A DNA stretch of 64,000 nt from a bacterium. GTDB lineage: Bacteria; UBA8248. Positions 9,653-19,560 of the stretch are shown one piece after another. The position numbers and the translations under genes are program-made. The DNA lies in the NCBI GenBank assembly GCA_965200245.1, contig CBDATS010000005.1:512001-576000 (forward strand). The letters are read 5' to 3'. How positions within the stretch are numbered: the first letter of the stretch is position 1; the number at the start of each line of letters is the position of its first letter. The notes under the pieces were generated by a model, which saw only the letters and a program-made list of their open reading frames with translations, did no database searches and was not told where the DNA came from.

Positions 9653-10285
9653 TTACCCCGAACCCGGCAGCGGAATGCGGAAGCCGTAGCGAAACGCAGC
9701 GGCCAGAACGAGCGTCGAAACAGCGGCGACAATGAAACACTGCAAAAAAGACTTCGGCCAGAACAGGCGCAGGGCGATGGCCAGCATGGGTATGGTGACA
9801 GCCTCGAAGCTGCTGAAGCCAATACGCAATCCCGCAATCCCCAGTGGAATCGCAAGGTCGAACGTCACCCAGTCAATGAGGACCACGTACACAACCACCA
9901 CGCCCATCAGGATGATCGCCCACTGGTTCTCGTAGTCGGCGAAATATCTTCCCAGCAATTCTCCCGGAGAGAGGCTCATTCTCGCACCGCTACCTCGTTT
10001 GAGCGCGCCTGCCCCCATGCCGATGGACATGACCAGCAGGCTCAAGCCGGTGAGAACGGGCATGAAGCCCGGAGCGGTGAAAATGTTCTTCTCGGGATTG
10101 GGCATGAGCAACCCGAGGATGATGGCGAGGACAGCGACGATGCCCACGACGCTCGCCGCCGCCAGATCCCTGCCGGGTGTAGTTGCCTCTCCCCCTTCCT
10201 CGGAAAGCAGGTGCGAACCGGTTGAGTCTTCCGGTTCATCCACTTGCGGGTGAGTGCTGCGATCACCGTCGTTCGAAGAAACCAT
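9653..10285 (-). CDS. tctB: TctB-like small membrane subunit
   Basis: Several TM helices, APGFMP, C-terminal F..GFRIPLP; lies between tctC and tctA. Confidence 0.75.
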   Translation of the reverse strand: MVSSNDGDRSTHPQVDEPEDSTGSHLLSEEGGEATTPGRDLAAASVVGIVAVLAIILGLLMPNPEKNIFTAPGFMPVLTGLSLLVMSIGMGAGALKRGSGARMSLSPGELLGRYFADYENQWAIILMGVVVVYVVLIDWVTFDLAIPLGIAGLRIGFSSFEAVTIPMLAIALRLFWPKSFLQCFIVAAVSTLVLAAAFRYGFRIPLPGSG

Positions 10286-10327
10286 GCAACTCTCTCGGCA
10301 TAGAACGAAACCAGGGAAACCGACCTC

Positions 10328-10367
10328 CCCGAGCGGGCCGCCCCGTCTCCAGGGCGGCTCGCTCGGG
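10328..10367 (-). other. GC-rich stem-loop after tctC
   Basis: CCCGAGCGGGCCGCCC-8 nt-GGGCGGCTCGCTCGGG. Confidence 0.65.
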
Positions 10368-10393
10368 ATGAGAAGTATTATGCGATAAGGTGA

Positions 10394-11542
10394 TTAACTC
10401 ATTCGGGGCTTGTAGCCTTTCGGCGGCCACCAGGCGTCGAAATCCTTAGGGGCAGGAAGCCCGAGTTCCTTGGGTCCGCGCACCTTCTTGCCAATATGCT
10501 TCTGCAGCTTCAACAGGGTCGTGGCACTCAGGCTTTCGAGCTGCGCCGCGCGGCGGTCCGCATCCGCCCCCACGCGAATGTCGCTCTGGAAGTACTTGCG
10601 CTTCGCGATCTTCCCGAAGGCCTCGGACTTCGCAGCCGCGATCCAAGCGGGCTTGATTTTGTTGAGCACGTCGACGGGCGTCTCCCGCCGCACGGCGATG
10701 CTGTACGTCCCGCCCATCGGTGTCAGGGCCTTGAGCTTGGGAATGAAGTTGGCCACGGTGTACGCCTTCCCGTAGCCGGGAATGTCGAGATCCTTCGGCC
10801 CCGTGTGCATCAGGTTTCTCAGCTTGCCCGCGCGCAGGAATTCGACGTGCTCGTGCACGCCGCCGCCTGCAATGTCCACCTCGCCCTGCAAACCGGCGAC
10901 GGTCGCGGGTTTCCCGCCCTTATAGGGCACAAAGCGCAGTTCAATGCCCGCTGCGTCCGCTACGATGGCACCCACCTCATGCCAGATGCTGCCCACACCC
11001 GAAGTCGAGATGGTGAGCTTGCCGGATTTTTTCTTGGCCGCGGCGATGACGTCATTAAAGGTCTTGAAGGGAGAATCTGGCCGTACCGACCAACTTGCGA
11101 GTGATGTCGCCGCAGCGAAGTGTTGCCAGTCCATCCATGCCGCCGAATCCGTGTATCCCATCGGCCGTACGAACTTGTTATAGTTCGCTGCGCCCAGCCA
11201 GGTATAGCCGTTTGACGCCTTGTTGAGCACATAGCGGGTAGCGACGCCTCCCACCGAGCCCGGGCGGTTGATGGCGTTGATGGTCCAGCCGGTGGATCGC
11301 GCCATCTCTCCCACGAGGGTTCGAATGACGGTGTCCGTACCGCCACCCGCGGCGTACATGACCACCGTAGTGATCGGGCGCGCGGGCCAGTTCGCAGCAC
11401 TCGCCTTGCGCGCAGTGAAGACCGTCGGTGCCACGACTGCAGCACCGGCTACTCCAAGGGTCTGGATAAAACTTCTGCGTGTGAGATCGGATGATTCGGG
11501 AACGATGATTTCAGGCTGCTCATGAATCTCGTTGCTGGACAT
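10394..11542 (-). CDS. tctC: Tripartite tricarboxylate transporter substrate-binding protein (Bug/TctC) with Tat signal
   Basis: TRRSFIQ twin-arginine signal; WPARPIT, AAGGGTD, NRPG and VPYKGG motifs. Confidence 0.9.
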   Translation of the reverse strand: MSSNEIHEQPEIIVPESSDLTRRSFIQTLGVAGAAVVAPTVFTARKASAANWPARPITTVVMYAAGGGTDTVIRTLVGEMARSTGWTINAINRPGSVGGVATRYVLNKASNGYTWLGAANYNKFVRPMGYTDSAAWMDWQHFAAATSLASWSVRPDSPFKTFNDVIAAAKKKSGKLTISTSGVGSIWHEVGAIVADAAGIELRFVPYKGGKPATVAGLQGEVDIAGGGVHEHVEFLRAGKLRNLMHTGPKDLDIPGYGKAYTVANFIPKLKALTPMGGTYSIAVRRETPVDVLNKIKPAWIAAAKSEAFGKIAKRKYFQSDIRVGADADRRAAQLESLSATTLLKLQKHIGKKVRGPKELGLPAPKDFDAWWPPKGYKPRMS

Positions 11543-11825
11543 GACACTCTCCTCCGGTTGAAATGAAACGGACTCTCAGGATTAATTGCGACCGGCTTCG
11601 ATCCCGCCTGGCGCACGATTCATCCAAAATCTTCTGTGGTCCCTCTATTCATTCTTTCAGACTGTGCGTCACCATAGCACATATGGAGTACGCCTCCAAA
11701 TTCCGGTTACTCGATTTCCGCCTTATCACGCGCGGAGGTTTCTTGTTGAATCGCGTTTTTCAGGGAACCGGGCGAAGCCGTTCATCCAATCGTAACGCGC
11801 TCAACACCTGATCGTAACCAAGCTG

Positions 11826-11834
11826 TGGTAAAAT
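11826..11834 (+). promoter_or_regulatory. Extended -10 element upstream of pfk
   Basis: TGGTAAAAT about 55 nt before the ATG. Confidence 0.4.
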
Positions 11835-11888
11835 GTAGCGAGAACGAAAAACAGATGAATTCCATCAAAGCAGAAGGAAACGCGGGTT

Positions 11889-12917
11889 ATGAAGCTAGGC
11901 GTATTGACAGGGGGCGGCGACTGTCCCGGCCTGAATGCGGTCATCCGCGCGGTGACCGCATCGAACTTTCATCGCGGAAGCCATACCCTGGGCATCCGTC
12001 GAGGCTGGCGCGGTCTGGTGGACGGCGATTTCGTCGAGATTACGGGTCCGATGATATCGGGCATTCTCGACAAGGGGGGCACCATTCTGGGTTCTTCACG
12101 AACAAACCCCACCAAGGACCCGGCCATGCTCGAAAGCCTCAAGGAAAACTGGCGCGCCTCGCGCATCGATGGTCTCATCGCTATCGGTGGAGACGATACG
12201 CTCAGCGTCGCCGCCTGGCTCAGCAAGGAAGGCTACAACGTCATCAGCGTGCCCAAGACCATCGACAACGACATCGGCTTCACGGACTATTCGTTCGGCT
12301 TCCACACCGCCGTAGGTGTCATCACCGACGCCATTGACCGCTTGCGTACCACGGCGGAGGCGCATGATCGCGTCATCATCCTCGAAGTGATGGGACGACA
12401 TTCGGGCTGGCTCGCCACTTACGCGGGCATAGCCGGAGGGGCTGACCTCATTCTTGTGCCCGAGCGGCCCTTCAACATTGAAGAGGTCGTCGAGGTGCTC
12501 AAGGCGCGCTTCGCGCGGGGGCGCAACTTCGCCAACGTGGTCGTGGCCGAGGGAGCGAAGCCAGAGGGCATGGAAAACTACGTGACGCGCAGTCAGACAG
12601 TAGATGAATTCGGCCACGTACAGCTTGGCGGTGTCGGCGAATACCTCGCCAAGGAGATTGACGACCGCATGCACGTAGATACGCGCGCCGTCATCCTGGG
12701 TCATATCCAGCGGGGCGGCTCCCCCGTGCCCTACGACAGGGTGCTGGCGACGCGCCTTGGCGTGCGGGCGAGCGAATTCGCCCACGAGGGAACCTGGGGC
12801 GTCATGGCGGCGTTGCAGGGGCGAGACATCAACCCGATGCCGCTCGAGGATATGTTCGGACAGGTGAACACCCTGCGAGAGGATTTCTTCGACGCTGCGG
12901 AACTCTTCTTCGGCTAA
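11889..12917 (+). CDS. pfkA: 6-phosphofructokinase (PfkA family), probably PPi-dependent
   Basis: TGGGDCPGLN, GGTILG, GGDD, PKTIDND, MGR and LGHIQRGG motifs. Confidence 0.95.
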   Translation: MKLGVLTGGGDCPGLNAVIRAVTASNFHRGSHTLGIRRGWRGLVDGDFVEITGPMISGILDKGGTILGSSRTNPTKDPAMLESLKENWRASRIDGLIAIGGDDTLSVAAWLSKEGYNVISVPKTIDNDIGFTDYSFGFHTAVGVITDAIDRLRTTAEAHDRVIILEVMGRHSGWLATYAGIAGGADLILVPERPFNIEEVVEVLKARFARGRNFANVVVAEGAKPEGMENYVTRSQTVDEFGHVQLGGVGEYLAKEIDDRMHVDTRAVILGHIQRGGSPVPYDRVLATRLGVRASEFAHEGTWGVMAALQGRDINPMPLEDMFGQVNTLREDFFDAAELFFG

Positions 12918-12990
12918 CCGCCCGCTCCTGCATGCGGGGCGAAGTCGCCGCGATACTGGTTCGCATCTGAATAATAAGGAAGGACAGTCT

Positions 12991-14002
12991 ATGCAAATCG
13001 GCCTGCGCATCGGCCCCCAGAACGAATTCACGCCGGTGCCTGAATATCTCGAATTCATAAAGCGCGCAGAAACCCTAGGTTTCAATCCGCTGCTGTTCTC
13101 TGACACTGTCTCCCTCTCCCATTTCCACCTGCGTGACCCCTTGGTCGTCATGGCACTCGCCGCAGGAGCCACCACGCGAGCGGAGTTGGGAACCGGCGTC
13201 ACAGTCCCCTTCATCCGCCATCCGGCGGTTATCGCCAACGCGTTCGGCTCGCTCGACGACGCCATCGCCCCGAGGAGAACCTTCCTGGGGGTCGGCTCCG
13301 GTGACACGGCGGTCTATCTTATCGGAAAGCGCGCCGCCCGTCTGGCCGAGATGCGTGAATACCTTGCGGCGCTCCGGGGTCTTCTGGACGGTGAGCCCGT
13401 GACCTATGAGGGCACACGAATGGAGTCGAACTGGCGCAAGCCGCACGTGCCCATCTGCCTCGCCGCAGACGGACCGAAAATGCTGGCCCTAGCCGGGGAG
13501 TTGGCCGAAGGCGTCATCCTCGGCGCGGGTGCAACGCCCGAAGTCATCAAGTGGGCGCGGGGCTGCATCGCCGAGGGCGAGGCGCGCGCCGGGGAGCATA
13601 CCCATCTGGTTCGACTTCATCGTGAACGTCGGTGCGGATCGCGGCACGGTGCGCCATGCGATCCGGCCACGCCTGTGCAACCGAGCGAACCATAATTTCC
13701 GTATGGGCTATTACGCGGTGCCCGAAGAGCATCTCCCCGGCGTGCGCGCTTTCCGTGAAAATTACGACGAGAAAGACGTGGGCCACAAGACGAAAAACGC
13801 GCGACTTATCACGGACTACATGATCGATCGCTTCGCCGTCGTCGGCGCACCCGAAGACATCGTCGCCCGCTTAGAGACGCTGCGTGCAATGGGGGTCGAG
13901 AACGTCATCGTGGCCATGCCGTTCCGTCTTGAGGAACGCTACGAAATCATCGAGACGCTCGCGCGCGAGGTCATGCCCCGCTTCGCGCAAACGGGGGCAT
14001 AG
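12991..14002 (+). pseudogene. LLM-class flavin/F420-dependent oxidoreductase, frameshifted near 13590
   Basis: N-part (LGTGVT, RHPAV, LGVGSGD, AADGPKML) is in ORF 12991; C-part (FAVVGAPEDIV, EVMPRF) is in ORF 13529..14002. Confidence 0.85.
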
Positions 14003-14146
14003 GCACGCAAGGCGCACGTAACATCGCCGTAGCGGTGGACGAGTGATACAGACCGCGAGAAATGAAGGCGTTTGCCAGACATGCCCGTATGAACGCGTGA
14101 GTCAGGTTGAATGTCCGTGACCATCCCGTGCTGTTCAAGTTGGTTG

Positions 14147-14436
14147 TCACGCAATTCACCAGTTCAAGATGCAAGAGTGAAATCAGCGTGAAGCAATCCG
14201 CTGCATCAACTTCACCCTTCCACAGTATCTCCGGTTCGCGTGCGCGGAGATTCCTGGCAGTCACCAACAACCCCTCAGGAGAATAGCAAACCCTTTTGTG
14301 CTCGTTTTTCTCCGTTTTGGTCTGTAGTGTATCAACTCCCAGGATCGGTTGACTGGTCGAAAAAACTCGATGCACCAGCGAAGACATCCCCGTCGACTCC
14401 AGACATTTCACGAATCCGCTGAGCCAGTCCCCTGTT
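14147..14436 (-). pseudogene. TIGR02391 (Ymh-like) family remnant
   Basis: Stitched across frameshifts: GLAQRIREMSGVDGD/SSLVHRVFS..PIL...LQTKTEKNEHK/GFAILLRG/RN..A.EPEILW...DAADCFTLISLLH. Confidence 0.65.
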
Positions 14437-14609
14437 GCTCTTACGAACCCTTCTTCCTTTTGCGTCCCTTCCTCATTTTTCAGGCTCCAGGAGATCAGCC
14501 CGGGGTTTCTCCCGGGTTTGTATCGGCTGTCGCTCCCGGAAGTAGCGGGCGAAGTTCCCTGCCATGCAAGCCATCTGGATACCTCGTTGCCGTGAGACGC
14601 AATGCGGCC

Positions 14610-15827
14610 CTAGAGCGCGCCTGCGAAGGCTTCGCCCGCCAGCAGCCTTCCCAGCTTCAGGCGCGTGGTGTCGTTCAGGCCATCAATGTGGTAGCACATC
14701 ATCGCATCGCGCAGATGGCGTTCTGCCGGGTGTGTGTCCATGTAGCCGTTGCCGCCGAAGATATTCATTCCCTTGATGCAGACCTGAGGCGCCATCTCGG
14801 AGGCGAACAGGGCGGCGCGCATGCCCTCTTTGTGGTCGTATTCATCTTCGCCCGCCGTATCCGCGTGCCACGCCGCGCGCCATACAGCGTCCCGCGCGAC
14901 GGTGATGTTCACGTACATGTCGGAGAGAATCTCGCGAATCCGATTATGCTCGATGATGGGTTTGCCTCCCTGCACGCGCTCTCTGGCGTAGGCGAGGGCA
15001 TCCTCGAAGGCGGCGCGCGCGATTCCAATGCCGAAAGTGGCCGTGGTCGGCGAGTGGCGCGAGAAGACGCGGGCCATGTAGGGCAGGCCGCCGTCCACCT
15101 CGCTGAGCCGCCATTTTTCAGGCACCTCGGCGTTCTCGTAGATGAGTTCCCCGTTCAGCAGAAGACGCGCGCCGAGCTTTCCGTGGATAATCCCGCGCCG
15201 AAAGCCGGGGATATCGTCCGTGGTGATGAACATGGTGGTTCCCTCGTTGACAGGAACTTTCGGGTTGGTCCTCGCGACCACGAAATTGATGTTGCTCATC
15301 GACGCGCAAGCGATGAAGTGCTTCTTTCCGTTCAGAATCCAGTTATCGCCCTGTCTGACGGCGGAGAGCCGCGCTCCACCGTCGATGTTCGTGGCAGGCA
15401 TGATGTTGTCCGTGCCCGCCTGGGGCTCCGTCATGCCGATGGCCATGGTTGAGGTGTCCACGTCCATGTAGCGGGGCAGAAACTCCGCGCGCTGCTCCTC
15501 GGTGGTGAAATCGCAGAGCATCTTGGCGAGCTTCCAGTTCTGGTGAATCACAGAGGCAAACCCTGCCTCACCCTGAAAAAGCTCCTCCAGCAAGACCACG
15601 TGCGCGAATATACCCAACCCCTCTCCGCCCATTTCTTTGGGCGTCGTGAGTGTCCGGATGCCCGCTGCCGAGGCCTTCTTCAAGGCTTCCATGGGAAAAG
15701 GACTCGTCGGGTCGATCCCGTTCTGACGATCCCACTCTGCCGCGTAGGGTTTCAATTCGTTTTTCGCGAATTCGGCGATCTTGCCTTGCCAAGCTTTCAG
15801 TTCGTCATCCAGAATGTAATTGACCAT
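14610..15827 (-). CDS. Acyl-CoA dehydrogenase family protein
   Basis: MTEPQAGTD, WILNGKKHFI, YARERVQGGKPI, IFGGNGY and ERHLRDA motifs. Confidence 0.92.
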   Translation of the reverse strand: MVNYILDDELKAWQGKIAEFAKNELKPYAAEWDRQNGIDPTSPFPMEALKKASAAGIRTLTTPKEMGGEGLGIFAHVVLLEELFQGEAGFASVIHQNWKLAKMLCDFTTEEQRAEFLPRYMDVDTSTMAIGMTEPQAGTDNIMPATNIDGGARLSAVRQGDNWILNGKKHFIACASMSNINFVVARTNPKVPVNEGTTMFITTDDIPGFRRGIIHGKLGARLLLNGELIYENAEVPEKWRLSEVDGGLPYMARVFSRHSPTTATFGIGIARAAFEDALAYARERVQGGKPIIEHNRIREILSDMYVNITVARDAVWRAAWHADTAGEDEYDHKEGMRAALFASEMAPQVCIKGMNIFGGNGYMDTHPAERHLRDAMMCYHIDGLNDTTRLKLGRLLAGEAFAGAL

Positions 15828-15849
15828 CTCGGTTCCCCCGCATGAAGGT

Positions 15850-16818
15850 TTACGAACCCGATTTTCGATTCCAGTCCTCCGAAACGTTTTTCCGGTACAT
15901 TCGAATCAACTCCGCATCCCGCACCCGCGCCGCCTCCCGGGCCGACTCCTCCGTCCATTTATAAAACCCTTCGCCGCTCTTGAGACCAAGCAGGTTCTTC
16001 TCGACCATCTCGTCCATCAGGGGACTGGGATCCGGACGATGATCGAGAGAGGGCTGGATATGACGATGCACGTCGCGCAAAACGTCCATTCCCGAAAAAT
16101 CGTTGAGCTTGCAAACCCCCAGCGCCGGGAACAAAGGAGCGAGCGAGCGCCACACGGCGTCGACATCTTCCGGGCGCGCGTAGCCTTGTTCCACGATATG
16201 GAAGGCCTCGCGCCTGAGCGCCGTCGTGAGCCTCACCCCGATATGTCCGGGCACCTCCCGGCATACGATGGGCTCTTTTCCCGATTTTTCGAGCAACTCG
16301 CACGTAATCCGCGTCGTATCCGGACTCGTCCGGCGGCCCGCCGCTACCTCCACAACGGGAACGAGATGAGGAGGGGTATAGTTATGCGTGACGATGCAGC
16401 GTTCGGGATGCCTCGTTCGGGCAGAAATATCCGTCATACCCAGACCCGAGGTCTCGCTCGCCAAAATCACGTCCGGCGGGGCGATTTCGTCCATTTTCTC
16501 GAAAATTTCCTGCTTGAGCGATAAATCTTCACTCACCGCCTCGACAACGAAATCGCCCCCGCTCACAACTTCGCGGAAATCCTGTGTCTGGACGATACGC
16601 TCTGAAACAGCGCGCGCTTCCTTATCATCAAGCGCATCGGCATCAATCAGTATTCCAAGGCTTTTTTCAATTTCACCGCAAGCGCGAGACGCACTTTCCG
16701 GGCTTCGGTTGAACATGAGGACGCGAAAACCCACCATGGCGAACTGCAGGACCACACCCCGGCCAACATATCCACCTCCGATGACAGCGACGTTTCGAAT
16801 ATCGCCTGCCTCGCGCAT
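15850..16818 (-). CDS. 3-hydroxyacyl-CoA dehydrogenase family protein
   Basis: VIGGGYVG Rossmann motif; EAVSE..LK, ASETS, H..PPHLVPVVE and LGLKSGEGFY. Confidence 0.92.
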   Translation of the reverse strand: MREAGDIRNVAVIGGGYVGRGVVLQFAMVGFRVLMFNRSPESASRACGEIEKSLGILIDADALDDKEARAVSERIVQTQDFREVVSGGDFVVEAVSEDLSLKQEIFEKMDEIAPPDVILASETSGLGMTDISARTRHPERCIVTHNYTPPHLVPVVEVAAGRRTSPDTTRITCELLEKSGKEPIVCREVPGHIGVRLTTALRREAFHIVEQGYARPEDVDAVWRSLAPLFPALGVCKLNDFSGMDVLRDVHRHIQPSLDHRPDPSPLMDEMVEKNLLGLKSGEGFYKWTEESAREAARVRDAELIRMYRKNVSEDWNRKSGS

Positions 16819-16930
16819 AATGGCTCCCGGTATGGAACGGACTGGCTGTATGAGAGAAAATTTAACACAGGCGCGTTCACGAGACCATCAGGCAACTTCT
16901 TGCCAAGGCGATTTGAAGTCCGAGGGATGT

Positions 16931-18034
16931 ATGACGGGAAAACGAATTATTGCATGTCTTGTTCTGGGCATCGCCCTGTCCGCCTGCGGTGGCGAGGGCG
17001 ATTTTTCCCCGGCGGGAAACATGAGCGCCCCCCGTCACGGGCATACGGCCACAAGACTCGAATCAGGCGAAATATTCATGGCCGCCGGTCTCACGAAAAC
17101 TTCTCCCCTGAATGATTTCGAGATATTCAACCCGACCCAGGGAACCTTCAGCCCCTACAAGGTTCCGGGCCTGATGACCCGTGGCTGGCACAAGGCGCTC
17201 CTCCTGAAAAACGCTGTACTGATTACCGGAGGCTGGACGAATGGAGGGAAAGCGCTCAGGGATTCCTTTCTCATAAAACCCGGGGCGGGGATTCGCGCGC
17301 GCACCAAGATGAAGTATGGCCGCTATGATCACACGATGACAAAGCTGCCCGCCGGAGACGTACTCATCGCCGGCGGTAACGACGGGAAACGTGCGATCCG
17401 CCACCTGGAAATTTATGCACCGGACAAAAGGCGCTTCCTCCTCGCACGCAGGCCCATGCTCATGGCACGCCAGCAGCACACTGCCAACGCCCTGCCCGGA
17501 GGAAACGTCCTCATATTGGGCGGCGCGGAAGGAAAAGGGACACGCTACGCTGAGTTGTACCTGCCCTCAAGGGGAAGAACGCGTCTCGTTCGAAGCCTGA
17601 CGACGCAAAGAAGCCGCCACACCGCCACAAAACTCCTAAACGGAAAGGTGTTTATCGCAGGCGGTCTGGGCCAGGAAAAAACGCTGGACAACGCGGAAAT
17701 CTTCGATCCGGCAACGGAAAAATTCATCCCCCTCAAAAGCAGGCTACGCGTAAGGAGGCAGCAGCATACCGCCACGTTGATGCCTGACGGCAGGGTTGTC
17801 CTGATAGGCGGCTGGGGCGGCGAGGGACAAACCCTCGCCGATGCGGAAGTCTATGAGCCCGGGAAAGGATGCTTCTGGTCTATAGGGGTCGAAATGAAAT
17901 TTCCCAGACGCCTCCATACCACCACTCTCCTGGGAGGCGGGCGGGTGCTCATCGCAGGGGGCGCATCTGACAACGAAGTCCTGAATTCAGCGGAAATACT
18001 CACCATCCCGCACGATGGCAAAAGCAGATGCTGA
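16931..18034 (+). CDS. Kelch-repeat (7-blade beta-propeller) lipoprotein
   Basis: Lipobox LSAC; seven R-x-x-H-(T/K)-x-x-x-(L/M)...GG-type repeats with E(I/L/V)(F/Y)xP. Confidence 0.85.
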   Translation: MTGKRIIACLVLGIALSACGGEGDFSPAGNMSAPRHGHTATRLESGEIFMAAGLTKTSPLNDFEIFNPTQGTFSPYKVPGLMTRGWHKALLLKNAVLITGGWTNGGKALRDSFLIKPGAGIRARTKMKYGRYDHTMTKLPAGDVLIAGGNDGKRAIRHLEIYAPDKRRFLLARRPMLMARQQHTANALPGGNVLILGGAEGKGTRYAELYLPSRGRTRLVRSLTTQRSRHTATKLLNGKVFIAGGLGQEKTLDNAEIFDPATEKFIPLKSRLRVRRQQHTATLMPDGRVVLIGGWGGEGQTLADAEVYEPGKGCFWSIGVEMKFPRRLHTTTLLGGGRVLIAGGASDNEVLNSAEILTIPHDGKSRC

Positions 18035-18094
18035 ACTTCGCGATATCGCGATTGAAATGGATCTCATCCCACCTGATCAAGCGAGGATAATCGT

Positions 18095-19300
18095 ATGTCT
18101 TTGAAACACGTTCGCCGCCGTGACAACCAGCAATGGATTCTGGATTACATCGCCAAGACGGCCGGAATGGTCCAGAACTTTGAAGACGACAGGTTCGAGC
18201 TTCCCAAAGGTGTCAAGAACTACAAGATGATCAGCAAGCTCCAGGGCGAGGATGCGCAGCACAAGGAAGAAATCGCCCGTGCAGCCGAAGAGGACGGCTT
18301 GAGGGAGACGGCGCTCGAACTCTACATCCAGGCGTCGGAATCATATCGCAAGGGACAACACGTCATTTTTCAGGACGATCACCCGCAGAAGCTCAAACTG
18401 CACGCCGGGCTGATCCGCTGCTACGACCGCGCAATGGTTCTGGCCGACTATCCGATGGAACGCATCGAGGTTCCTTTCGGGGATCAGGAAATTCAAATCA
18501 TCCTCCATCTTCTGCCGGACAGAAGAAAAGCCCCTTGCATCATCTACATTCCGGGCATGGACCAGACGAAAGAATTCTATCCCTACATCCTGCAGAACGA
18601 CATGATCAGGCGCGGCATGCACGCGTGTGCCATGGACGGTCCCGGGCAAGGTATCTCCAACATGCGCAAGATCCGGGTCACCGAGAACAACTATGAGCGC
18701 GCTGTTTCTGCGGTGGTCGATTACCTGGTGACGCGCAAAGAAATCGACGCGGATAAAATCGGCGTCTTCGGCATCAGTATGGGTTCATACTGGGCACCGC
18801 TCGCCGCAGCGACAGACAACAGGATCAAGGCCTGCGCGGGAGGAAGCGCTACCTTCTCGGACAAGCATGTGATCTTCGGCGAAGCCTCGCCGCGTTTCAA
18901 GCAAATCTTCATGTACATGGCCGGATATACAGACGAAGACGCCTTCGACGAGATGGCTTCGAGGATGACGCTGAAAGGCTGCGGCCGGAATATCTCCTGC
19001 CCGACGCTGCTGGCCACCGGGGAGTTCGACCCGCTGAGTCACCTTGAAGATGCTTTTCGCTTTTTCGGGGAGATATCGGCCCCCAGGGAGTTATGGGTGC
19101 TGGAAAACGAGTTCCACAGGGTATGGGGTATGCAGGGGCTCGGCAACCTCGACCTGAACCCCTGGGCCGTGGATTGGCTGAAAAAAGCGCTGCACGGGGA
19201 AATCCCCGACAATCACGACAAGACCGTCTACATCAGGCAAAAATCGGGCCGCGGCGCCTTGAGCGGCCCTGTTCCCGAGGATCATCCGAGGCGCTGGTAA
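18095..19300 (+). CDS. Alpha/beta hydrolase (FrsA / dihydroxypseudooxynicotine hydrolase-like)
   Basis: PGMDQTKE, DGPGQG, GISMG nucleophile elbow, GEFDPL and H motifs. Confidence 0.85.
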   Translation: MSLKHVRRRDNQQWILDYIAKTAGMVQNFEDDRFELPKGVKNYKMISKLQGEDAQHKEEIARAAEEDGLRETALELYIQASESYRKGQHVIFQDDHPQKLKLHAGLIRCYDRAMVLADYPMERIEVPFGDQEIQIILHLLPDRRKAPCIIYIPGMDQTKEFYPYILQNDMIRRGMHACAMDGPGQGISNMRKIRVTENNYERAVSAVVDYLVTRKEIDADKIGVFGISMGSYWAPLAAATDNRIKACAGGSATFSDKHVIFGEASPRFKQIFMYMAGYTDEDAFDEMASRMTLKGCGRNISCPTLLATGEFDPLSHLEDAFRFFGEISAPRELWVLENEFHRVWGMQGLGNLDLNPWAVDWLKKALHGEIPDNHDKTVYIRQKSGRGALSGPVPEDHPRRW

Positions 19301-19316
19301 CCAGGTTTGAAGGGGT

Positions 19317-19560
19317 TCAGGAAACCGCTGGAAACTGTTTCACGGCAGCGCCGGGCAGTTGCGAGAGCGAGAGTGTCACTTCCACGACGGCTTCCACATG
19401 TTCGGTCCATCGAGTTCCGCTCATCCGGAAAGCGGGGGCAGTTGTGCTGATGGCGCCCGCCACCTGCCCCATGGCACCGGAAATCGGAGCGGCGAAGCCG
19501 CATACGTCCTCTCGGAACTCCCCTTGTTAAGCGCGTAGTCGAACATTTGTATCGCTTTCA
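19317..19560 (-). pseudogene. IclR family regulator C-terminal remnant
   Basis: DYALN/(frameshift)GEFREDVCGFAAPISGAMGQVAGAISTTAPAFRMS...; no HTH part found. Confidence 0.6.

Noticed and set aside
16388-16930. Long N-terminal extensions in the track (16388, 19560, 23483, 50529, 61886)
   Set aside because: They overlap other genes, terminators or remnants, or precede the family-like N-terminus; downstream starts fit better.
18026-18060. Cys-TGA at the end of the Kelch gene as a C-terminal Sec
   Set aside because: Read-through adds only about 7 residues; the downstream palindrome is not SECIS-like and the family has no redox motif.
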